The translations under genes and the position numbers were made by a program. A stretch of 63,316 bases of DNA, counting the filler, from Squatina squatina (taxonomy: Eukaryota): assembly GCA_031763465.1 (NCBI GenBank). It is 4 parts of 4 records of this genome, joined end to end, with 100 filler letters (N's around TTAATTAATTAA, not from the genome) between each part and the next. Parts side by side here need not be neighbours in the genome. Positions count along the whole stretch, not along the records: positions 1 to 13,487 come from JARFOE010000194.1; positions 13,588 to 36,234 come from JARFOE010000080.1; 2 more parts are not named here. One strand, 5' to 3'. The notes under the pieces are model-generated. The model was not told the DNA's origin and did no database searches. It worked only from the letters and a program-made list of their open reading frames with translations. Positions 11,586 to 25,020 of the stretch are shown piece after piece; the first letter of the stretch is position 1, and the number at the start of each line of letters is the position of its first letter.

Positions 11586-12659
11586 CTGAACTGTCATCTG
11601 TTTGTTGAACAGACTGCTCCTCAGAAGCTGCCAGCGCCTCCAGTGCTTGCAAAGTGGACACCACTGCATCATCCAATGCCTGCTCACCACTTTGGTCTTC
11701 AGCCTGTGTTGGAATAGCATCTATGAGTGACACAGGGATGTCATCACCTGGAGAGCATTTGGTTTGGCTGGTCTCTCCCGAACTGTGTGCCGGCTGATGC
11801 TGACCATCTTCTTCATCTGAGCTGTTGTCTCTGAAGCCAGGTGGAGGGGCAGCTATTGCTATATTCAGTGTGTGAAGAAGAAAATCATCTTCATCGTCAT
11901 CATCGCCTCCAGGTGGAGGAAGTGACGTTAAGTCAATTATGTCATCACTAGATCCAGAAATATTCAGAATGTCAGTTTTGTCTGCCTCCCCAAGTGGTAT
12001 ATCTTCCTCACAGCTGGCCTCATCTTCATCCTCAGCATCGTCTGTGGTCTCTGAGTAACAGATGTCATGTAACAACGGCTCTTCAATGCTTTCTGCATTT
12101 GCAAACATTCTGCTATCGTTTATGTTTGCATAAACAGCATTCGTATCAATGTTATCTACATCGATCCCTGGGAACGAGAACTCTGAGCATTTAACGTCAC
12201 TTGCATTGGCCAAGTACATAGATGTCTGTTGGTCTAAATTGCTTGGACTATCATCCAGCAATCTTTCATATCCAAGGTTTCTTGGGTTAAAGGCAGCTAC
12301 ATTGTGATCCTCAAAGACAAAGGATACTTTTGCTCCTCTTGGAGATTCCTGTCCTGTTTTGGCAGGCTCTTTCCCAGAGGAGGACAGCCTGTTAAAAGCT
12401 GTGTTTTCAGCTTCCATTGCATCTATATACTCAGCACCTAGATGACTATGCTCATTAACATCTGTAATCTCAGTTATTAAAATCCCCCTGGAATCTTCAT
12501 GGTAAATTGGATCATCTGAGAAATCTACATTTTTCTGCTTTGTTTCTCTAATGGATGATGGCTGAGCATCTTCCTTTTTAGCCCTGACATGGCATGAGCT
12601 CTTCGGTAAATAGTTCCATTCTAAGCTGTGCGTGTTATGTTTAGTCTTGTAATCTGGGC
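11586..12659 (-). CDS. FRMPD4: FRMPD4 large internal exon (1074 nt)
   Basis: AG acceptor 12661-12660, phase-1 GT donor 11585-11584. QESPRGAKVSF, EEPLLHDICY, SGSSDDIIDLTSLPPP, Homer-ligand-type PPPGFRD and IPVSLIDA match recalled FRMPD4. Confidence 0.92.
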
Positions 12660-13487
12660 CTAGGTTAAAAGAAAGAGAGAATTGTTCACAAACATTCAGC
12701 ATCACTGATTAACACATAAAATACGGAATGCTTTAACAGTAACAATTATACAAACAAGCGAGTCGTTCTCCTGTAGTGTTGCGCAGGAGGGTGAAAATCA
12801 AGTGCAGGCTTCAGCTGAAATGGAGTGAGAGGACGCAGGATAATTTCACCACAGTTCATGGAGCAACAGCACTCTCCCATTCCTTCCACTTCCAGATCCT
12901 CATGCTCATGGTGCTGAGTGTTTCACCCAGCAAAAACCTTCTGACTCACAAGCTACTACTCCTTGAATGGGTGTTTCTGGGCTGGCGCTTGGGCAGGTAA
13001 GATNNNNNNNNNNGGATAATTTCACCACAGTTCATGGACATAATTCGGTCTCTGTTTTAAAGTCATACATTCTGTTCTTGTTTTAATACTTTCATAATAA
13101 ATTCCCACGTCCACATTTATAATGGAAGCTGTTCATGTCGTCTGGTTACGCAGTAATTACACCTGCCTGCCAGTGGTAGGCATGCTGCACCTCCAGTAGG
13201 GGAAGTAATTTCCAGACTATTAACTTTATATTTTTTCTCTCCATGGTAACCTATGCTATATTTTCCTCATCCTTTTTCCCTTGAAGGAAGCTGTAAAACC
13301 TTATTCTTGCTTCTTCTTCCTCCCACTAATGACTATGAAAATGACAGTAATTTAAAAATGAATTAGTGTTTCATTGGTTAAAATCTAGGCACAAAGACTG
13401 ATTTTTTTCAGTCAGTCAAAAGCCCAGGCACCGAATGCATAGAATTTGCAATATGGAAACAGGCCCTCTATGGCTCATCTGTGTCAG

Positions 13488-13587
13488 NNNNNNNNNNNNN
13501 NNNNNNNNNNNNNNNNNNNNNNNNNNNNNNNTTAATTAATTAANNNNNNNNNNNNNNNNNNNNNNNNNNNNNNNNNNNNNNNNNNNN
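13488..13587. other. Artificial linker N44-TTAATTAATTAA-N44
   Basis: Palindromic 12-mer (13532-13543) giving TAA stops in all six frames, centred in exactly 100 positions. Confidence 0.97.
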
Positions 13588-13800
13588 CCCGCGCCGTCCT
13601 TCTCTCTCTTCCCCCCCCTCCTGTGGACACACCTTCGTCCTGAGGCCCGGTGTGGGGAATGCAGAGAGAAAGAGAGAGGAAAGGAAATTAAGAGCATATT
13701 TTCATAAGAATTCTCTTCTGTATTCTTTTTGATGCACCAGAAGAAGGCTTGATTGCAAAAAAAAAACTCCCCACACACAGACGCCCGCAGTTTTTTTTTG
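13588..13800. promoter_or_regulatory. CpG-enriched contig start, possibly a gene 5' region or intron 1
   Basis: cccgcgccg start and raised CpG content continuing for about 1 kb; lies upstream of the RAB6A exons in the same segment. Confidence 0.3.
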
Positions 13801-16753
13801 ATTCAATCATTTTGCGGTTGTGTTCATGATGGGTTTTGACTTGTGCATTTATTTATTCGAAGATTTATCTTTTAGTTCTAAATTTACTTTTTTTTGTGTG
13901 TAAAGTGAACACGTCGTTATTGCAACTAGGATGCAAATATTTAAATCCATACGTCTTTTGGGCAGATATTTCAGGACTAAAAAGCTGCTTTCAAATTCAT
14001 CCGCATTTTGCTGCTGTCTTGCTGTGCACCAATTTACTATTGACTAACCCTGTTTACACAATAAGGGCGTTTTTAAAAAAAATGGTTTTAATTGTCTCAA
14101 TCGTAATTACCTCAAATCGAGACCTAGATTTTGGTAACATCTTTGTGCAACTGATTCTGCTCTGGAGGGTAAAGTATGCTGGAAGAGATTTTTTATCTTC
14201 CAGCACTGATCTGATAGTTAATTGAAATCTGGCCTACTAACGAGTGTAGCGTTATCTTGGAGATCCAAACAACAGAACCTGAATCGGTTTTGTCTAGTCC
14301 TAAGAATAAGTAGTCTCATCATTTTTCTGTAAATGATATTAAAACGATTGTGTCCTACAAATATTGTTGTGTAATGGTTTCATTGAAATGTGCCTCAATC
14401 AGATTCAGCACAGATAATTTGCATTTTATCAGCGCATGAAACGGGCAAGGCTGCCACTCATTTGAGTCCACATCTTCATTGCGAATCTCGATTATGCAGC
14501 AACGTAACCCCATATTAAATAGGCAGATTAACTAGGAAGTAAATATTGCGTTTGCTCAATGTATCGGTTTCCGAAATATGAATGCAGCTCGTAAANNNNN
14601 NNNNNNNNNATATTAACACATAATTTGATTTCGATAAAGCTGGGATGTAATGGAAATGGCCTATTGATTTGCGAGTAGAGATCGCCACATTTTAATTTTG
14701 ATTAAACGGTGTCCTGGGTTTTATGTGTTAACGACGCAGACATATGTTGCCGGCTGACGAAGTTGAGTAAGAACAATTTTGTACAATTAAGGCATAGCCT
14801 TTTTCATGAATCGCCTTTCCGACAGTCATTCAGTACATTCGTCGTCATGAATGCCTAGATATAAAATCGTTATATATTCCCATTGAAGTGTGTTTATTTT
14901 ATAACAATTTTTTGTGTTGTAGTGTGTACCCTACTCTTAAAATGTTGACCGTTAAGGTAATGAAAATTGTATTATAGAAGCATTAAAGGCTTCTGGAAGA
15001 ACAATAATGAAAGCAAAACGTTCACTCGTTACTTTGATTAAAAGAGCCCAGATAACTGGAATCTGGGCGTGGTGAGTCAGTCTGCATCATTCACAGCACA
15101 GAATACAGTAGCACAGGTCGATATTTTATTGTTTCTAGACACTAAAACTAACCACAACATTGTACACCAATGCGCCCTCGATTTTGTGTACTATATCAGT
15201 AGACTGAAGTGTTTCCTATCGGAGGACCTTTTAAAGCTATTACCTTCTATAAAAAAAACGGAGGTTATTTTTGTGCACATCAATGCTTTGCAATAATTGT
15301 GCAGTTTATCTGGACAATTTGTGGAAATACCCCTGTTTATTCAAGTGAATAATTACAATAACTGATCTACGTTCATTTCAACATTGTACTGTAAGAAATG
15401 CTTGGCGTTCCAGACAGTTGGGTTAACCTGCCATTTTGGATAAATGGTATTTGGGTAAAGAGCTTACTACTGTAATCTTTTCCCAATTTTTACTCTCCAC
15501 ATATATTGTGAAATCATTTGTGAAGGGAAAGGGAGGAAAAGCCAGACAGACGAGTGGTCAGGGCCTCACTGCCTCATAACCATTGTCAAATCATTTGAGC
15601 TTGAGTGCTCATCTGATGGGAGCTCCACTTGATTTGTGATAATCAAATTTACTGCTTATCTTTTCTGTTTAGGTTGCCATATGCACACATCATGAAATAT
15701 CAACACTGAACCTGCTATGAAGCTGTAGGCTGACACAACAATTATTTTTTGCTTGCAATTCCAAGCTGTAATGTTTAAGTTAACTCTACATGTTTCAATG
15801 ACCCAAAAAATAATACATTTTTATGTTGCAAGTAAGTGCACCGTTGAGTTTTTCCTGAGAAAATAACCCCCAACCAGAGATCACTCTTGTCCAAAGTTCA
15901 GAATTTGAAGGAGGGAATCACATGCTGCCCCACACAAGTTCCATAAATGTCACTCCTCTATGAGATGACTGTATGAGAAACTGCAAAATATTGTGGTTAT
16001 TCACCATCATTTAGCCATTCTGCATGGCGGTCAGGGATAATCCACGGATCATGACGGCCTCCTCAAGTCCACAGAATGCAGCCCATTGCTCGTTGCTGCA
16101 ACCTTGCTATAGTGCAGACTCGGCACATTCAGGTTTTTATTTCTATGGGCCATGTGTCCATACAATGGAGCCCCAAGAGCCACATTTAAAGTTTAAATGA
16201 ATGTTCCCATATCTTGGGCAACTGATTAGGATTTATTTGCCAGTGAAGCAGCAATTCTAAAAGCAGTCCTTTCAAACCTCCAAGGCCATAACATTCAAAC
16301 AACACAGACCAAGAAATAAATAGACGAGCAAGTAGGATTGAGTTGCCTGGGCTTTGGGAACTGCCGCAGGCTGAATACTTCTGATGTGGACCTCCAAGCA
16401 GCAAGCATGGGTGACACACCTGTCAGACACATCCAAATCCAAACAAATTATGTTTGGGCTTCACCTAGAACTCGAGAACCTGCAACCCGGCTTTGAACAA
16501 ACCCTTTCCTACACATCAAGCCACGTCGCAAGAGGAGAAAGCAAATCTGCAATAGCGACTGACCCACAGATGAGCACAACAGCAACCCCAACCAAAAGTG
16601 GGCAGGACCCCTTTGTTTCCTCAATCCCAGATGCCTAGAACAGTCTGTTTCTGCNNNNNNNNNNNNNNNNNNNNNNNNNNNNNNNNNNNNNNNNNNNNNN
16701 NNNNNNNNNNNNNNNNNNNNNNNNNNNNNNNNNNNNNNNNNNNNNNNNNNNNN

Positions 16754-17010
16754 NCTCCTACTTCTCCCTCTCTTCCCCTTCACTCCTCCCCCACCACATC
16801 TCCCCTCTCTCCTCCTTCTCCTTCCCCTCTGCTCTTCCTCACTGCTTATTCTCTCTCCACTCCCATTTCCTTTCTTCCTCTCTACTCACTTCCATCTCTT
16901 CCACCTTTTCGCCTCTCGCCCCTTTTTCCCTCACTTCCCCCATCCTGTACTTGCGCCTCTCTCCTTTTCCACTCCTCTCTATCTTCCTCTCACCCTCTCC
17001 ATCTCTGCTC
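16754..17010 (+). repeat. CT-rich low-complexity tract
   Basis: Almost pure pyrimidine sequence. Confidence 0.85.
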
Positions 17011-18076
17011 TGAGGGTGAATGCTGAGTAGCTATGACTTGGAGTAGAAATAAGGTTAAAATGTTCACTTGCCCATTTGAAAAGAGGAAGAATTGATGCTC
17101 AGAATTTTCTCTTTAATTTCAATAGTGTTTCAAGGGCAATAGTGTATTTTTGGTGATGGAAATATCAAAATAGGTCACTGGATATTACGAGTTATACTGT
17201 TCAGCGTAGTACACTATCCAGGAATTTCAATCTGCTGCCAAAAGGTATTCTTCAGTTAGATTTGAGTGCACAAAACTTAGCACATTTGAACACTGCAGAG
17301 ATCCTTTTTGTTCTATAGCCCTTCCTCTGCAAATGTTGCTGTATTTATGTACAGTAGAAGCATTCACGCCTACTACCATATTGATGCATCTGGACAAATC
17401 TCTGCTTTACATATTCCTGCAGTCGCAAGTGGATGTTAATGATTCTTATCTATTGGTCTATTACTTTTTGGTCAGTATTTTGTACTTTGGGAACATAAAT
17501 TGCCTTACAAGGTTGACATTCACAGAATTCTGAAATTCCTGTTGATTAACATACACTGCAGAATTGGCACTGTGCTTATTAGTAATGACTCCTGTTTGAA
17601 CAATCTAGAAAGCTGTGCTGCATCTGCTCCTAACCCAGAGCAGTTGTGGATGGGAAATCTGACACTTTTCCAGGAAGACTGTTTTGTTTTATCATCTTTA
17701 TACATTATTATAAAGCTGCTTTTATATTTGTGTCAGTGGGTTGGATGCACAACGGAGTGCTGAAATATGGGTCCAGCACGTACTGCTAGCTCTGAGGCTC
17801 ACAGTTTGGGAGCTGATGGTGCAAGCTCTCCACTGACACCAATATTAAAGCAACTTAAGTTGGTCCAAGTTATATTATTTGCATGTGCAAATGATGAAAC
17901 TATGCAATGGAGATGATTCCACACTTTTTCCAGTCCTTGATTGTATGACACCATACCATCTTGCTAGATATGAGTTTAACACTGATTCCACATAATGGTT
18001 TTCCAGTCTCTGGCCATTATGTTTTTTACTCCCTGCATTAGCTTTTTTTCTTTTTCCTTTACTTTGTGTATTTTAG

Positions 18077-18247
<171 letters not shown>

Positions 18248-18320
18248 TGATGTTCAAAAGGGAACAGCCCTTGATGTTCTTATTCCTCCCTTTTCTTGCT
18301 GTTGTTTGCCTGATGACTAG

Positions 18321-18406
18321 GTGCGGTTGCAGTTATGGGACACAGCAGGTCAGGAGCGGTTCAGGAGCTTGATTCCTAGCTACATTAGTGACTCTACTGT
18401 TGCAGT
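18321..18406 (+). CDS. RAB6A: RAB6A mutually exclusive exon, RAB6A type (3' end lost in gap)
   Basis: TAG acceptor 18318-18320. [28 protein letters not shown](V) carries the V62/T87/V88 signature. Confidence 0.9.
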
Positions 18407-19599
18407 NNNNNNNNNNNNNNNNNNNNNNNNNNNNNNNNNNNNNNNNNNNNNNNNNNNNNNNNNNNNNNNNNNNNNNNNNNNNNNNNNNNNNNNNNNNNNN
18501 NNNNNNAAAAGATGTTTCCATCTCTGTGATGACTCATACCTTTTCAAGGTAATGTCCTCCTGATCTGTGATGTGTCTCAGTAATTTGATTTGGATTTGTG
18601 AGAGATCACTTGTTTCTAGGAATCCCAACTTCCTCCATCAGCATTTCAGCACTGCTGCTAGGTTTTTGTTATGCTCCAGTTTTGCCACAAATCAGAGTAT
18701 TATCAATGTCACTAATAACACTGGGTACACCACCGAGCACTTATGACAATTTCCTTTGGAAATGTTCTGCTGCAGCTGAATTCTAAGTGGGAGCCTTGAG
18801 AAACAGTAATTGTGCAAATTACATACCAGCTCGAAAGCCAAGCATTTCAAAAACAACTTGCATTTATATAAGCACACCTAACATGCAGGAAGTTGTCTCA
18901 AATTACTTAACATTGAGGAAAAAATGGATAGTATTGCATACTGGAAGAGTACCTCAGATTCTTGCGTGGCTTTTAATATTTTATAGCCATATTATAAATT
19001 ATAAAATTCATAAATGTAACAATTTGTTCAGTTCATTACTGTGCTACGGACTAAAATAAACGAAGTCCTTGTCAGAATATTCTTGGAGAATTGTATATTC
19101 ATCCTTTTGTCCTATAACATTGGCAAAAAAAAATCTACTGACCTAATTTAGTAACAAACATCCATAACTGTGCCCTAGCGTCGTACACCTGCATATCGTT
19201 AGTTCTAGAAATAGTGGACATAGCCCTTTGTTAAATCTTTTGTTCCTTACGTCGGGAATTCTGGTCTTAGCCAAAAATTTGTTACCTTGTGATATTTAAA
19301 CAATATTGGATGCAGTAACATCTCAATAGCATGTACTCTAAAATCAAAATATAATTTTGGCTTTTACCAGAAATCAGACATCCATTTCTTTTTCAGTGCA
19401 GCTTTCTACATGCCTGTTAATTTAATTTGAAGCTACAGTATTGGGCTGGGATCATCTATAATTTTGTTTGGTTCATCACTTTATTACACATGCCTTACTT
19501 GACATCACAACAGGCTCTATATACATGTTCCTGTTCCCCAAAGTTCCCGTGCAATACTTGATTCATCTTCCCCATTCACACCTGCTACACTTGATTTAA

Positions 19600-19728
<129 letters not shown>

Positions 19729-20023
19729 TAGGAGTACGCTGCAGGATTTGCTTGTTTCTGTGGCTACAGTAGTAAACCAAAGCTGCTTTTTATTTTGCTG
19801 TTAGTGTGTTTGGGTCAGGGGTTCCTGAAGAGCGAGCTTTATGCAGTCACAGGCAACCCCATTGTCAGACTGAAATTCGCTAATGATAGCATCGAGAAAG
19901 ACCAGTTTTTTGAGCTTTCTGGANNNNNNNNNNNNNNNNNNNNNNNNNNNNNNNNNNNNNNNNNNNNNNNNNNNNNNNNNNNNNNNNNNNNNNNNNNNNN
20001 NNNNNNNNNNNNNNNNNNNNNNN

Positions 20024-20075
20024 CCTGACTTTTTCCAGCATTTTTTGTTTATATTCTAGATTAGAGCATCCGCAG
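20024..20075 (-). repeat. Fragment of the same family as the palindromic element at 61791-62030
   Basis: ttccagcattttttgtttatattctagattagagcatccgcag is close to the reverse complement of 61805-61848; cut by a gap. Confidence 0.7.
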
Positions 20076-20185
20076 AATTTCACTTCTTTATTTAATTTAA
20101 GTTGCTCATTTGGTAATTGCTAGCTGTAAAGGCTTTATGTTTGAAGAGAAAAAGCTTTAAATGTAAAAATTGGTAAAGATAAAGT

Positions 20186-20194
20186 TTCCTTAAC
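20186..20194 (+). promoter_or_regulatory. U12 (minor spliceosome) type branch site TTCCTTAAC
   Basis: Exact consensus, branch A 16 nt upstream of the acceptor G (20209), with no classical pyrimidine tract. Confidence 0.75.
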
Positions 20195-20209
20195 ACAGCT
20201 GACTTCCAG

Positions 20210-20274
20210 TGATCGATATAAAACTGGAAAAGACCCAAGAGCAACCAGTCAGTGAGGGGGGCTGCTCCTGCTAA
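20210..20274 (+). CDS. RAB6A: RAB6A terminal coding exon
   Basis: (M)IDIKLEKTQEQPVSEGGCSC*, ending in the CxC geranylgeranylation motif typical of RAB6A. Confidence 0.93.
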
Positions 20275-22468
20275 TACTGGCTCTACAGGCCACTGCTTTT
20301 TGTCATTACCATCCACCACAGTGTGAATATTGGCTAGTAATCTTACCCTGTTGGTAAAGTATTGCAATTCATCATTGCTGGCTGTCTTGTAATTGATCTA
20401 TTAGCTTCACAAGCACAAACGTGGAGAAAATGTCAGTGTCTTCATTGGAAATAAATACAAAAAAATGTAATTGCCAAAACTCAACTTGCATCAGTTTACT
20501 TTTAATTGGAAGACACATTTTGTTCTTTGCGTTGTATAATATTGCACTTTTAATGATGGAACTCTGTAACTGTTTAGTGTAAAGGACAGTTTATGCAGAT
20601 AACATCTGAATGCTAAGTGGCTTTATGACAGTGACTACATTATCTGAACAATGAGACACCAGTGAATTGGATCTTTTTAATTGCTTCTAAATGATAAGTT
20701 TCTCAACCTAATCTNNNNNNNNNNGGTTTCTCATTGCGATCTGTTGACAATAACTAAATTTCTCAAGGGTGCAAGGAGAACTAAAACATTTTTTTTACAC
20801 CAAACATCACTTGCAACTTTACAAAAACCTGTTAGTTTTAACAGCAGTTCCAGTATGAGATATAATGCCCAAATCTATCATGTGCATGATTCATCTATAA
20901 TGCCGTTTTTTTTCCCTGTTCCTTATCAGCACCTTCTGAGCCCAACATCTTTTATANNNNNNNNNNNNNNNNNNNNNNNNNNNACGAAGATGGTGATGGC
21001 CACTCAGATGTGCATTTTCAAATAATTATGCATTATTTCCAACTAAAGGAATTTGCATTTGAATGGGCAGAAAATGATCAGAAACAAGTCTTTGTTGTGC
21101 TGTGGATGGTGGAAAGTTCTCTTTGCTCACTTGCACACAGTTTTTTAAAAAAAAGTCATCTAGCATACAGATATCACTTCAATTGTGCATTTGAAGGAAG
21201 CAAAACTTTCACATGCAGGACTTGTAAAATTATGCATCTTTTATGCCTTTTTGTTCTTGGGCTTCCATATTGGTTAGGATTTTGTAATTCTGTGTAGTTT
21301 GATTAACCTACCCAGAATAATATGATTTAGCATTTTTATTTAACTGGATTGTTTTATCTCCCTTTAATTTATTTCTGTACTCCAGTTTTTAAGTATTTTA
21401 GATAAGTGCGACCAATTTGATTAATTTTTTTGTCATATTAGGTTTTTCTCCATAGAACACTATAGCTTTATTTTACTTGTGACTTTCTTTCTGATCCAAG
21501 TATCAAAGTATGTTTAGACTAACTGGTTGTGGGGTGGAGAAACTGTTTCCAGTTAATGCTGTACACCGCTTATTCTGTATTTCCTATTGGAGAAAGTAAA
21601 ACCATATGAAACTGTGTCATGCCCTCCAGATAGGATTTTTTGCATCCTTTAAGTGCCTACACCCCATGCGTTGTTAAAGTAGGGCTGCAGGTATAGTTGG
21701 TCTCACTGTTGCTAAGAATCATAATTCTGCCTTACTTTTGGTGTGGCATACACAGGCATAGAGATTTCCTAGTCTTCACGAAACTTGACCCTGTCTATCA
21801 AATTCAAGATGTTGCCTGGAAATGGCTACTTTCCCCCCTGCATGCCAGAGCTGTAATGTACTGCAGATTTTTGCTTATCCATTGTTAGATTACTAATTTT
21901 TTCCATAATTTTGCTACTGAAAATACTGTAAGATGGTGTGGCTTGGGTTCTTTTTGTGTTTTGCCATTTGTATTTTTTTATGTAATAACATTTTTCTTGG
22001 GAGTACAAGAAAATAACACTAAATGGATTGACCATGCAATTTATTTTCGCCGAAATATTTAAACAATTATTCAAGCTCAACTGGGGAAGTTCTTTGACCA
22101 AACAAGAGCATGCTGATTTTTATCAGAACTTCTTTAAACACTGACAAAACTAACAAGCTTGTGAACACTGTTTCGAGAGCAGCATTTTTCTTTTACGTAT
22201 GAATGAAAATTCTTTCACAAGCTGAGCTCTCAAGGCTTCTGTGGTGCAGTAGTGTGCAGTTTCAGTAGTACTGGTTTTTGAACAGAATATGGCTTACTTG
22301 GCTTGACTGTTGTACCCATGCGACTGTATATTCATTACTACTTTTACGTATGTCTTGTTACTATGATAACCCTTGAAGTTACAAAAAAAAGGAAAATTTT
22401 GTCCTGGAATATCACTAGTACCTCAGCTCTGTTTGATAATGTAAAAAAAAAACCCAAAGCCTGAACAA

Positions 22469-22474
22469 AATAAA
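22469..22474 (+). terminator. Probable distal poly(A) signal of RAB6A (proximal candidate at 20450-20455)
   Basis: AATAAA followed about 17 nt later by a GT/T-rich element (gtgtgtttttttg), ending about 2.2 kb of AT-rich, repeat-free UTR-like sequence. Confidence 0.55.
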
Positions 22475-24911
22475 CACCTGCCTATTGAAAGTGTGTTTTT
22501 TTGCCTTCTATTTCTTATGGTCTAAACTGCAGACTCAAAAGTTGTCTAATTTTATGGTTGAAATATCATTTGAGACTTGTGCTCATGAGTAGCTTTGTAC
22601 TTCACTAGGGGAAGAGTGACGAAACATGACCATACATTTTAAGTATGAACAGAGGCGAGGTATTTGCAATGCACTCGACATATATCTTTGCATATTCCTG
22701 AAACAGGAAGATACATATGCTCAATTCAGAAATGTTCCACATCTGAACATTTTGATCTTTTTCACAAAAGTGAGAACTAAGGCATTTAGTTTACTGACAA
22801 GACTAACTTTCAACTTCACATTGACACGGAGACCACCATTTTACCACATTTCTCACATTTTGTGGTGCATAGGACTTACTTATGATTTGGTTTAGAAACC
22901 TAGAAACAGGAGTAGGCCATTTGGCGCATTTGAGTCTGCTGTACCATTTTGTTATGGCATCTCTATCTTTTAATCCCAATTCCTGTCCCCTCAAATCCCT
23001 GAATACCANNNNNNNNNNNNNNNNNNNNNNNNNNNNNNNNNNNNNNNNNNNNNNNNNNNNNNNNNNNNNNNNNNNNNNNNNNNNNNNNNNNNNNNNNNNN
23101 NNNNNNNNTTATGTGATCTGAATAAATAACAAAAATGTATCTAACAACATTTTCTCAAGGCACCCCTGTGCATACACTTATGCAAATACAAATCCTAACC
23201 CATCCTTTTTCTGCTACTCCTACGTGGTTCAACCTATGTGGCTTCAGCAGAGATAGAGGCAGGCTGCTCAGATCCCTCTGACTGTGGAGATGCTCTTGGC
23301 TGAATTCCTCTGCATTTTGGAGCCCATGAGGGCCCTGCCAAAGACTGTTATACCTGGACCTGCACAGAGGCAGACTCGGCCATCGGGAGGTGAGGCAGCA
23401 TGTGGGCTACTAACTGAGAGGTAGGCTGTGGGTGGGAAGTCATAAAGTGCTTTGAATGGAATCCAACTTCCATGAACCGTTTCGCATTCATCCTCTCATG
23501 GCCCTGATACCACTGTGCTGGAGAACACTTTGGTGCAGATCAGTGCGGCCCTGTGAGGCCAAGTTTAAGGTATCTGTCAACCTATTTAAGGTGGTGGATG
23601 CGTTGGCATCCAGAATCTGCATGGTGGTGTTAAAGGTGTGTATGGATTCAATTGTTTGGAGCGTATGTTAGTCCATGGCGCTGGCCACTTTATCCATGGA
23701 AGAACACATCATCTCACTGGCCTGTGACGTCACCCCTCCTCCCCCCCCTCACTNNNNNNNNNNNNNNNNNNNNNNNNNNNNNNNNNNNNNNNNNNNNNNN
23801 NNNNNNNNNNNNNNNNNNNNNNNNNNNNNNNNNNNNNNNNNNNNNNNNNNNNNCAGGTCTGCCAAAAGACTTCTTGTTACCATAGCGATGGCTGCCTGCT
23901 GTTTTTGGGAAGGCTGCCAGAATAGTGCACAGAGAGATAGCTGCTAAAATGAATTTTATATGCAGTATTGATATTATTCCAAATTGGTTATTTTCTGGGA
24001 TACTGCGATAATTGATACCTGTGCGGTGAATTGTTACCCTCGGATGGTCTATTCAAGTGTTAAGCAGTGGTGACAAGATTTGTGACAAGAGACACCTACG
24101 CACAATTGCTATCTAAAACGCTGGGTCTTCATGGAAAACCTTTTTGAAAAGCTTCATTTTCCACATGCTCAGATACAATGAAGGTGTTTGCATCAAAACA
24201 CCTCATCATGCCTCAATGAAGTAATTGTACTCCTTATGCATGAAACAACTATTCTACCTGCTCAATGTTCCTTTGAAGGAGATTTCAAAAAGAAATATTG
24301 CAGAATGAACTTTGTTCATTTCGAAATTGCGGGCCTTTATTTCAAATGCAATATTATTTTTAAAGCCTACACCTTTTCCTGGTTCATTATAGGCAATTGC
24401 CAATTTAATTTATTTTTACTCAGTAATGCAAACTTGCATCCACAAATATATTATACATATACTAGTTGATCTCCCAAGGTATTACACATAGGTAGTTAAG
24501 ACTGTAGGCTTTAGTTAAATGGAAGGAGGCCAGGGATATTTGGACCTGGGCATGCAGACATAGTTCAGTCAGTCTTACATTCTGATCTCATTTTTACATT
24601 TTCATTAAAAATTCCTATGTCCACAGTTATACATCACTTCTACTGTGGAGAGGGTGTAATTACAATGTGAGAAGTTTAAATGGGCAGTATCCATTATAAA
24701 TGTGGACATAGAAATTTACAATGGAGAAAGTGGACTAGAAGTGCGCACCGACACAAGATTTATTATATTAGATAGTGATGTTTATCCATCAATAGTTATT
24801 TTAACATTAATNNNNNNNNNNNNNNNNNNNNNNNNNNNNNNNNNNNNNNNNNNNNNNNNNNNNNNNNNNNNNNNNNNNNNNNNNNNNNNNNNNNNNNNNN
24901 NNNNNNNNNNN

Positions 24912-25020
24912 GCCGCATTTCCTACATTACAACTGCGACTACACTTCAAAAGGTACTTCATTGGCTGTAAAGTGCTTTGAGACATCCGGTGGTTGTGAAA
25001 GGCACTATATTAATGCTATA
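24912..25020 (+). mobile_element. DeuSINE/AmnSINE-like SINE 3' tail
   Basis: ttcctacattacaactgcgactacacttcaaaaggtacttcattggctgtaaagtgctttg...gtgaaaggcactatat resembles the recalled L2-derived SINE tail; a diverged reverse copy lies at about 37813-37910. Confidence 0.65.

Noticed and set aside
407-12659. TMEM39A-HSD3B-FRMPD4 as a tight gene cluster or nested genes
   Set aside because: Each lies on a separate contig joined by placeholder gaps, so physical distances are unknown.
12838-13038. Exact 25-bp direct repeat (12838-12862 and 13014-13038) as a TSD
   Set aside because: The second copy begins exactly at a contig start after a 10-N gap, typical of a k-mer overlap or assembly bubble.
13532-13543. 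TTAATTAATTAA as a biological motif (homeodomain site, piggyBac TTAA)
   Set aside because: Always centred in 44+44 Ns; a synthetic linker.
23200-23753. GC-richer block possibly from a Harbinger second ORF
   Set aside because: No alignable motif could be established by eye.
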